Assembly: GCA_028023455.1 (NCBI GenBank)
Contig: JAQFVV010000003.1
Span: forward strand, 6,448,001-6,512,000
Origin: Epiperipatus broadwayi
Lineage: Eukaryota; Animalia; Onychophora
Direction: 5' to 3'
DNA: 64,000 nucleotides
In this document: piece by piece, positions 53,791-64,000 of the stretch
Position numbering within the stretch: position 1 is the stretch's first letter
Layout of the letters: each line of letters starts with the position of its first letter
The notes under the pieces: model-generated
Databases searched by the model: none
Told to the model about the DNA's origin: nothing
The model's input: the letters and a program-made list of their open reading frames with translations, nothing else
Position numbers and translations under genes: made by a program

Positions 53791-55104
53791 GTAAATCTGC
53801 ACTTTGGCTTACTATAAAAATTTTGATTAGTTCTGAAAAAATAAATATGTTATTAGTCAGTAACTTGATTTATAACCCCCATTATATTCTCTCTTTTGTT
53901 GAACGATAAATCATAAAAGATAGGAGATTGAAAGAGAGATTTTCAATGATTGAATGATTGATGAAATAAAGTTACAAAATGAATCCAAGGATCCAATCAC
54001 TTGTAAATCATAGACACTTTATGCCTTTATATGAAAAGTTGAAAGTAACATATAAACCCAAGTTGTAATATCATAACTCTATAAAAAAACAGATGTCATT
54101 CACTTATATGATATTTAAATTTGGGTGGAAATACCTTGATGTGAAATTTAAAAAAAATTGTAATTTTCAAAACAAAAAAACTGAAGAACTTTATGGAATT
54201 TCTAAGAAAAATTTAAAATAAAGTGATGTTATGTGTCTTTCAAAATGTGGAACTCTATAGAACCATATGCATGTTCCAACTGATGATCTGAAGAATTGCT
54301 TCTATTTTTCCAGTTTGTAAAAATAAAGGTAAAGAAAAGAGAGTAATGAGTATCACAGAATATCATGGTTATCCATTATATGAAATTACTTTCAAGGATT
54401 TTATTAGATAGATTGCTTCTGGTCATAAGTAAGTGATTAAGTAAGAATCAAAAAGGACTGTAGTTATCTTGTTTTTTGAAATGCACATTTATGAAAAAAA
54501 TCATGATCATGATTTGTGTAGTGCCTTTATTTATTAGATCATATTGATATTACTAGTTCAACTAAATTGTGTAAAGAATTGTTTTAATTATATTTATTAT
54601 ATGAAAGTGAAACCAAAAAAAACTTCATCAATATAATATAAATGCACAAGAAATTTTTTATTCAAAAATGCTTCATAACATTTTAAAACTAAAATGTCAA
54701 GACCATCAATTTAATTAAACAGTTTTTTTTTTCATTTTTCTGAATGTAATAATATTGAATTTACAAACTAGAAAATGAATTTAAATATGGATTTCAAGAA
54801 AAGCAGAATACAATATAACTTTAGGAACACTTTTCATTTAAGATGTTGTACAAAATAAAATATTGATTGTTTTCTTTTGGGAGGTTGTAACTGAAAATAA
54901 AATAATACAGAAGTTAGCAATATCATATGACTTATCAATATTATAGAGAGCTATAATTAACATGTTGAAGACATTAAAAAAAATGGAGTTAAAATTTTTT
55001 TATACATTAAATGCTTTTAGTGACTGTGAATCATCAATAAAAGCATTTAAAATATATAAAAAAATTATCTCTATTATTTTTAAGTTTTTAGTATCGGCAC
55101 AGTA

Positions 55105-55260
55105 AATGAAAAAGTAGTTAACATTTTACTTTAAATTGACTGAATTATTATAGTAGATATATATATCACTAGAGATTTCATCTATAAGTTAAAATGTATA
55201 TTCCATATGTATATATCATATTTATTATGTGTACAATAAATATATGTATATTGAAACAGA
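55105..55260 (+). repeat. Dispersed AT-rich repeat with a second copy at 58295-58420
   Basis: Shared TTTTACTTTAAAT...ATATATCACTAGA.ATTTC...TATATCATATTTA..ATGTGTACA. Confidence 0.6.
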
Positions 55261-56737
55261 CAGTTTTATCCACCTGCCTGTTTCATGTATTTTACCCTCA
55301 CACCTATCTCTATGCCAGGTTTAAATCCTCTCAGAGTACCCATTTAAGCAACCTTAAATTACTATATATGACAAATCATATATATATGCGAACGGTAAGT
55401 CTGTAATTTAATAGTATACATATACATTACAGATATGTATCCATTTTATAAATATTTCTAGTTTAAGAAATATTTTAGTTTAAATTATTTAGCCAATTTT
55501 ATTGTTATGTTATCGAAATCGCATATGTATATAAGCCATTTCCATTGTTATTCTGCATGTATGGTAATGAAATTAGTTTTTTACTAATTATCAAAGTAAC
55601 TTACATTTTTTTTTTGTTAACAATTCTTAAAATTAGGTCATGCAAGTCCTAAAATAGCGTGAACTTGATTTTATAAATCTAAAATGTTAATAACAGTTTT
55701 GCAAAATTTTATAGTGTTATTGTCACAATAAATGGAGGGGAAAAAAGTAGAAAAACAAAATATAAATTAGTTGTCATAATTAAAAATGTTTTTCTAAAAT
55801 AAATAAATGGGTTTTTCTACTAGCTTTAGCAATTAAATATATTTTTCTAAAATAAATAAATGCAGACAAGCTTGTAAAATTAAACAGGGGAGCAGAGTTA
55901 GAATAATATAAATACTTAAAAGTTTTGTTGCCAAGGATCGATCATATATATAATAGGTGAATTGTAAACAGAACTCATGTTTGTTTTATCTTCAAAATGG
56001 TGGAGTAGTAGGCCATATTTCACCGCCTCTTGCCCTTACGAGATAGAAAAGAACTTTGGTCCGATAAAATATAATGCCATACACCAGCAAAGCAGCCCGT
56101 GGAAAAACCTCCATTAACTTTAAATCATCACAAAAGTGTCAACTTATTATCCTCCCAAGTGCCCAGAACTGCAATGAAGACAACTGAATGGTAAATTTTC
56201 ACTCAGAGCTCTGTTCATAAACTGTGACTTTCAATTCTTTCTTTTAAAAGCTAGCTATTTATTAAATCTGCCTTTCTCAAACCCCTTTCCTAAAATCTGC
56301 AAAGAAAACTGTTAAATGCTAATGTTTAAATCTTGTCTGATTGTAAAACTTGTGATATTGAATTCTTTGTTAAAATGTAAAACTCTAATAATCTATTTTA
56401 AACTAAATGTATAATTTCTGTGGTCTTTTATGCCTATTTCTAATCTATCCAATTTATTCTATAATTTTATCATTTTAATATTATATGTATTTAATATGCC
56501 AAATAACTCAAAACTGTGAGTATTTATAAGTATAATGTTAGCTCATCAATCTGTGAAGATAATTTCAAATCTTTGCTATAATAAATAATTGAATTATTAA
56601 TTTTCTCACTCGCTGTTTCGAGATCATGTTATTATTTTACTGATTAATTTTGGGTATTAATATTACAATAATCAGTCATTCTCTAGTTAAAATTGTAGTT
56701 TGCTTAACTCTAGTTATCAATTATAACTATTTATATA

Positions 56738-58168
56738 TGTAACTCATACATCACAGGAACTAGCCACAGAGATATTCTCAAAGCATATTTTAATGTTTTA
56801 TTCATAATTACCCTGCAAATATGCTTTGTCCTACTTAGATTATATATGTTGAGATGCAGGTGATAATCTTAAACTAGGTTACTAATTAGTTTAGTCCCTA
56901 AATAGTATATTTGATATACTAGATTTGAGAACTGAGTTGTATAGATATGCAAATAGACACTATCTATTTTTAAGGCACGATAATATAATTTTACATATTT
57001 GCATTATATATGTATAAGCTGCAGATGTGTCCTTAGTAAGTACCCAATGTACAATTATCTGCTTGCTGCATGATTCTTGATGAGTTAGTTGTTGGTGGAA
57101 GTCACACTTATCCACTTAGTTCGGGTAAAGCACACTATTTTAGAACTAGGGCACAAGGACCTAGATAATTCATAATTAATGCTTATCCAACTCCCTGAAC
57201 TACTAATGTTCCTATTCATAGCAAGTTGAGTGGTTGTAGGGCAACAGAGCATTCAATGATGAACCCATGAATAATGACCCATTCGCACCTTTTAGCTTTA
57301 TTAATATTTTAATATGTGCCATAGAGTATATAGGTAAACCTATCATAAATCAGTTTTCTCTCCCTTTATATTAAATGCTTATCTAGCATCAGTGTATACC
57401 CTAATCCAGATTAACACACTGACCTGTGTATCTCTGAGCTTGACTATATGCTCGACTTAACTAGATATATAGATAGATGCCATAGGAGTGCTATTAAGGT
57501 AGTTATATAACTTTGGCTATAAAGTTCCGTATGATTTAGCAGACTAGAAAAGGGCTAGAAATTTGGCATATTAATATAGGCATAAACTTCAATACTGCAC
57601 TATACTTGAGTGAACACTCGATGATGAGATAATAGGTAATATTAATCTCATTAGTTATATCATGCCTGTGAGTGTAATCTCTCACATTCTCATTATATAA
57701 TTTGTGTATATTTTGATTTATTATTTATTGTTTTAATAAATTAATAATATTTAAAATTATAACAAGTTTTCATATTTTATTGTCCGTGAGTTCATTTTAT
57801 CCAACTCTAGATTTATTTGCACAGACATCATTATATCTATATGTAGATCATTCTATTATATTTTATAATCAATCATTGATATATTAATTAATCACTTAGT
57901 CATATGTTTGTATATCTGACCCAATCAGTGTTAAACTAGTTAATTTATGAGTCTTTGTTTTACCCTGAGTGACTGCTGGACTGTGGAAAAATTCAATTTC
58001 TGTGTAAGTTGAGAAGTGTCATCCATAGGGTATTAGATTGCTGAGCAGAGGTGAAAGAATTGAATATTGGTTGGGTTCTGGATTCTAGCATCTGGATTCG
58101 ATCAGCTTTAGTATATTTTGCCTGTGTTCTAGATTTTGTTACGTGGAGGGACAATTCTTACTGTTACA
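56738..58168. mobile_element. Solo LTR, 1431 bp
   Basis: Terminal inverted TGTAAC...GTTACA with a 5-bp target duplication ATATA at 56733-56737 and 58169-58173. The interior is GC-richer and non-coding. Confidence 0.8.
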
Positions 58169-60640
58169 ATATAAAAGTGATTTAAAATATGAAATATTTT
58201 TTTAAGTGAAAAGGTGTACATTTTTATTTTGACTGGAATTTTTTTTTAAAAAAATGCTTACCAAAACTATATTGTAAATGAACTTCCTAAATACATATAA
58301 TTTTACTTTAAATCAATTTCACACATATAGTGTGTATATATCACTAGATATTTCTGAAGTATATGTATATATATCATATTTAGCATGTGTACATAATTAT
58401 ATATGTATAAGAAAGTATCAAGTAACTTTTCTGTTTAAAATTATTGCCATTTTATCTTATTAAATTGAAAGGAAAAAATCGTTATACCACTCTCTAGTGA
58501 GTTAATAAATAAACAAACAAACAGATAGATTTTTCAACTTTATTAAAAAAATTAAAAAGCTAAAAATCAATATTGCAAGTTGTCAAAAATAGACTAAAAT
58601 ACCACTGTTTTATGAATGTGGTCATATTTATGTTTCATAGACTCATTTGCAGAGATCACTACAAAATGTATTTTTCAGATTTTTTCTTTTTTTTTTATTG
58701 TTGTTGTTTTTGGATTACTTCAAAAGAAATAACAATTCTGATCTAAAAAGTATTAAGATGTTTCATGAGGAAAAAAATTATAAAGATAAGATATATTTAA
58801 TTAATCATGTGCTAACATTCAAATCTCAGAATATATGATATGTATTTTTGTTAAATTTGAATTTATATAGTTTTCAGTTGAAAAAGTTTAACAAAATAAC
58901 TGAAAGTTTCTGTGATTTATTAAAGTTATTTATAAAATATGTTATCCTCAATATAATTCATTATTTTTATTACAATAAGTATGCAACGATGGATGTTTTA
59001 TTTATATATACATACATACCAATAGCAGCCTTTCATAAATGCCATAATCATCTTTAATACAAAACAATATATAAATCATTTTATTAAATCTTGAAAGAAT
59101 AAATTCTGAAATGCTTTAGATTGGCCTATATAATTGCATTTAGATACAAAGATAAGACAGCCATTATTTTTTTAATAAGTCTCTATCTTGCATTTGGGTT
59201 TGAGAGTATCCTGCTTACTCGGTGAGTTAGTAACATGATTAAACATCACATGTTGAAGGCTGATTACCTTCTGATTAAGAATTAAATCTTGAAATGAAAA
59301 ACAATAAATATAACAGATATTTTCCTTGAGAAGTTGCTCACTCAACACAATTTATTTTAGTATTCCTAGAGTTATAAATTTTAATGAATCCTTTATTTGT
59401 TTACCTTTATATTAATTGATATGTATTAAATAAATGTAAAAAATGCTTGAAAACCTTGTATTTTTTTTTTCTTTTATCAGAAGTCAATTATTATAATTTC
59501 GCTATCATTTAATACAACATAGTCAAAAATGAATACCCCCTCTCTACACACATATAAACCAGTATATAATTAATATTGGCTATACAATAAACTATTGTGG
59601 CTACTATACAATTAAACATTAAATAGAATATGGATAATGTATGTAAGTCATTTATTTATTTCTCCAATGAATCATATTTACCTAATATTTTTTTAGTACG
59701 GAAAAAAAACTTAAAACATATGAATAATTTGAATATTGTAAATATATTATAGGAAAAAATAATAAGATTGAAAACAGACATTTAATTTAAAAGAATATAT
59801 ATATATTTTAATGGCAGAGCAAAAAAAAAAATAATATCAGTTTTTAATACATCAATAAAAAATAGTTTCATGTCAAATCGATAACGTTCATTCCTACTGG
59901 TAATAACATTGTCGCAACATGCAAATATTATATTTCAAAATAATTCATTTAATACAAAAGTTAAAATTGTTTTTATTTATTTTTTTATTGGAAAAGTAAT
60001 TTTTAAAAATATAATCAAAAGAATAATGTCTGTTTCACTGGAACAATAAATTATGTTAACTTTTAAACAAATTAAATTAAAATATTTACAAAGTTTAGAT
60101 TTATTAAAATAAAAAAATTATTTTAAAAAATTTCTACACACTAGCTTGGAGAGGAATCTTTCCTTCACCGTTCCTCAGTATAACGATGCTGAGATTTATT
60201 TAACTTTCAGTCAGTCGTTTAAGTCCGCTTTATCTACTATTGCTTATGTTATAAATATATTAGACACATAGAATAACACAATCAAAAGCTAAAAGTTTTT
60301 AAATCAAAATTCAATCTACGACTTATAATGAATGCTTAAACATCACATGACCTCCTATGCAAATGACTATTCGATTATTATTTTTTAATTATACCTACAT
60401 TTATTACAAGCTACTGAAGCTTCTTATTACAATTACTTTATTTGACGGAAATGATGATATTTTTGCATTAAAGGAATTTGTGGTGCTCATCTGAAATACT
60501 TTTTTGATTACATGTGTTTGTGTATAAAATAACTAATCATATCACAAATGAGAGTATAAGTAGATGGTCACTGTAAATATACTCATAAATATAGTAAGAT
60601 TTGAAATACCAGGCACTTTTATACCTGAAACCCAACTGTA

Positions 60641-60845
60641 AATATAGGGATTTGAAAGTCTAAGTTCAAATCCCCTATATTGATAAATATATTCAATCTT
60701 ACATTCTGCCCATCCCTCTTCTACGTATTTAAATGGATACTGTCCTATGCATGAGGGGTCAGAGTGACTTGAGGTCAACATTGGCATGACAACAATATTG
60801 GTATCAGCATGGAATTTGGGAATTCTGTCATCAAATATAGTCAAT
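60641..60845 (+). mobile_element. Family A partial copy spanning the monomer junction, with a 16-bp inverted 5' segment
   Basis: It joins the two ends of the 26.4-26.8 kb copy through a linker of about 32 nt. The hairpin AATATAGGGATTTGAA/TTCAAATCCCCTATATT is at 60641-60681. Confidence 0.85.
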
Positions 60846-61019
60846 ATAAAAAATAAATAAATTTGTAATTAAAAAACTGCTTTGAAAAAACTTTTGTAGA
60901 AACATGGACGATTTGAAAAAAAAAAAAACAAAACAATAAGATCATATTAAAAATAATGAAATACAAAAGCATGTTAATTAAAAAAATATTATTATTGAAA
61001 AAAATTAGAGGTTGTTTTT

Positions 61020-61400
61020 GAGATAATCATCATTTTCAACCAGTATCATTCCATTTCAAGATGACAATCTCTCCTAATTTAATTCAATTTCTTCAATTCA
61101 TAGCTTCTCCATATCTCTCGTAGCAAATGATCTCTTTCTAAAATGTTCATAATTTTGTGGATTCCAATCTAAGACTTCAGTTGTCTATCTTCTGTCATCT
61201 CTTCTAGAAATATGCTTAGCTCAACTTCATTTTAGTTTTTGTAAGTCTTTTGATGATGATAGTTTATTTTAACTTTCACCTCCTTATTGTTAATCTTAGC
61301 ATACATCTTTTCATACTTTGATGTATGATTTGAAGTCTCTATGCTATTCTTCTATTAAGTATCCAAATCTCAGATTCATAAATATATATTAAAAACCTCT
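61020..61400 (-). mobile_element. RTE LINE 3' end
   Basis: Frameshifted KRLTKTK..HISRR and TTEVLDWNPQNYEHFRKR, with the same tail as 15270-15310. Confidence 0.7.
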
Positions 61401-61695
61401 CTGTTAAAGCACATAAGTAAAATATTAAAAATATTTCTACCAAATGTGCCATTAAGTTTAATTTTATGATTAATTTTATTTATTGTGCTTCCATATGAAT
61501 TAATAATCTGATGAGTATATTTATAGTTAAACCACTAAACATCATATGATCACCATTTTCTATGCTTGCTCGTAAATGTTATTAAAACAGGCAAAATTCT
61601 GCATATAGTAGTGCCATTCAGTGCAAGCCAGAGTAATCAATGGATGCCAGAAGGTTTGTGCATAAAATCCTTATCTAGTGCCTACTCATCCAATA

Positions 61696-61737
61696 TTCCC
61701 AGACTAGTTTCTAGCTTGTGGCTTTCATCAGTGAGGA
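61696..61737 (-). ncRNA. Type I minimal hammerhead (family B), best-preserved copy
   Basis: TCCTCA CTGATGA A AGC CACAA GCT A GAAA CTAG TC TGGGAA. Stem III is the palindrome ACTAGT, with a GUC site between 61702 and 61701. Stem I extends via ATCCA/TGGAT. Confidence 0.75.
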
Positions 61738-62302
61738 GCTTTGGATCTGAGAGCATTGCACCTAGATCTTGGGATCTAATGTAACCCTCCAGCAGCCACC
61801 TTTTATCTCTATTTAACTACAAAACTATGAGTCTAAAACTGAAAGCATAATAATATTTTCAATCCAATCTCATCAGCGTATATAGTTATATAGGTCTGAA
61901 CTCAGTTCAGTATCCATATATTTTGGTGTCTTTGGTTCTTTAATAACCATAGCCACCACTATCATATTAGGCAGGATTACTGTAAGGAGAGTTTTGTCTG
62001 TTTTAATAACAGTTATGAGCAAGCATAAGAAATGGTGAGAATGTGATGTTTAATGGTTTAACACCAATCCTGCCCAATAGGATAATGGTGGCTATGGTTA
62101 TTAAAAAACCAAAGACACCAAAATCTATGGGTACTGAACTGAGTTCAGACCTATATGATTATAAACACTAATGAGCTTGGATTGAAAATATTGTTTTTAA
62201 TTTTAGACTCATAAATTTTGTAGTAAAGTAGAGATAAAAGATAGCTGCTGGAGAGTTGCATTAGATCCTAAGATCTAAATGCAGTGCTCTCAGATCCAAG
62301 GC

Positions 62303-62344
62303 TCCTCACTGACAAAAGCCACAAGCTAAAAACTAGTCTGGGGA
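62303..62344 (+). ncRNA. Family B hammerhead, mutated (CTGACAA..AAAA)
   Basis: TCCTCA CTGACAA A AGC CACAA GCT A AAAA CTAG TC TGGGGA. Confidence 0.65.
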
Positions 62345-62479
62345 TACTGGATGAGCAGGCACTAGATAGAGATTTTATGCACAAGCATTCTGGAATCCAT
62401 TGATTACTCTGGCTTGTACTGAGTGGCATTACTGTATGGAGAGTTTTTCCTATTTTTATATTTATAGTTGTCAACTTCA

Positions 62480-64000
62480 TCTATTTCATTTCTATCAGAC
62501 TCTATTATCTCTTTTTTTAAAGTCATTAAGTATTACTTTAGCATTTTAGTCCCATTTTTTTGATTTCATATGATACTTTTTTTTAAATTTCTGAAACATT
62601 ATTTGTAAAAACAACTACCTTGTTTGCAAAATCTAGATGACTCAAATAATCTTCATCTATTTTTATTTTTTAGACCACATTTTAATCCACAAAATATTTT
62701 CAATAAACTGTTCTAAAAAAATATTGAAGAGTTGGAATCATCCTATGTATGCTATTATCATTGTACCCTTCCTAATAAAACCATAGTCTCTAATCACTTG
62801 CTGTTTCAGTTCAATAATTTTAGCAAAATCTTGAGTTTATATCATGATGTTCCAAAACTTTGATCACTGAAAAAGTGCTTATGGATCAAACATCCTTTCA
62901 TCCTGAGTGGTTTAGTGCACTGGTAGCATGATAAATTCTGGAGCTTAAGATCCACAAATTGCACCAAGCTTTGTCATTTAGTCAAACTTTTTATAAACTC
63001 CAAGCATGAAAGTTATTCAATTATTTGTTTATATCCATCCATAATTTACAAATACAAAGTATAATGGTAACTCATACCTGATTCTTTATAACTTCTCTTA
63101 ATATTCATATATAATTTATTATGTTTGCTACAGTCACATTTAAATCTAAATTATTCTTTTAGTTGACTTCAGCCCAAAGTTCTCTATCAATAAGGTGCAA
63201 TGATTTTAATAATTTTGAATAAAATTAATATAAGACTGATAGATATATAAAATGCAATTTCTAATACCTGTCACCTTTTTAAAACATCAATATCATTATT
63301 CTACTATATTTTTCAATTATCTTGTATATTTTTATTATTTATATATTTGTAAAATTGTGGAAGGAACAACTCTTCACACATGTGCTAAAAAACTAGCATA
63401 CACTCTCCTGTTAGTAATTGTTTTAAAACCATAAATGGACCACCTATGGTTAGAGCTTATTCTTCAAATAAATCACTGAAAACGCTGTAAAAGTTAGTTA
63501 AATATTTTGTATTGTTACTAAACAGTTGAATATACTTGGAAAAGTATATGGTTTGAATTTTTGTAAAATAATTAATGTCATCATTAAAACTCTTTAGACA
63601 AATATCTATAATAATAGCATTTCACAAAAGCTGTTTCATATTTCATATATGTAATTTACATGTTTCATTTCTTCATTTAAAATATTTAGAATCTCAAAAG
63701 ATATTATAATCCTAAGAGATTAATAATGTTGTTTTCACAAATTGCATTTATTATTTTATTACTATAAAATTTTTTTATATAAAATTCTTCCTTAGAATTC
63801 ATGATGCTATCCATCATTTTAATACTAGTGGCATGTTTTCTTTTTATTGCTGAAACAACTTTCATTTATTTAGATATTATTGTATACATTTACTCTTTTC
63901 TCTAGATTTTTTAATCTCTTCACAATTATATTTTGTTATATCATCATTAGTTCTTGTCCATCCTATTTTACAAAATTCCACATATGTTTTATTTCTTATT
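62480..64000 (-). mobile_element. Highly decayed LINE (probably RTE) endonuclease/RT remnants, likely the upstream part of the 61.0-61.4 kb element
   Basis: Weak minus-strand APE-like (VEF..IG, EEIKKSRE..) and RT-like peptides. Confidence 0.35.

Larger units (their letters stand above)
61526..62460. mobile_element. Family B: full inverted monomer plus a head-to-tail partial tandem
   Basis: The minus copy is 61978-61526. On the plus strand, a unit end (61979-62065) runs directly into a unit start (62066-62460). Confidence 0.93.

Noticed and set aside
55995-56206. Long frame readable if TAA/TAG encoded Gln (also near 52430-52580)
   Set aside because: The peptides match nothing recognisable, in-frame TAR codons are expected in AT-rich DNA, and the 19 kb candidate exon needs no recoding.

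Overview
Very AT-rich, CpG-depleted eukaryotic DNA, probably an invertebrate animal (inferred). No long intact ORF is present. Most of the window is decayed transposons: RTE, Ingi/Vingi and L1/Tx1-like LINEs, Gypsy fragments, a solo LTR, a hAT remnant and a Penelope-like GIY-YIG 3' end. There are also microsatellites, several CpG-retaining patches that look like promoters, and a few candidate small exons of an unidentified minus-strand gene. The main signal is three unrelated short repeat families (A about 415 bp, B about 455 bp, C about 333 bp), each carrying a type I hammerhead ribozyme fold with a palindromic stem III. All three show head-to-tail (circularly permuted) junctions. Wherever an inverted segment is present, the ribozyme-sense strands point away from the fold centre. 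This matches non-LTR retrozymes or Penelope pseudo-LTRs. Several other long hairpins may come from the same 5'-inversion mechanism. All alignments and folds were done by eye, and element boundaries are approximate unless stated.
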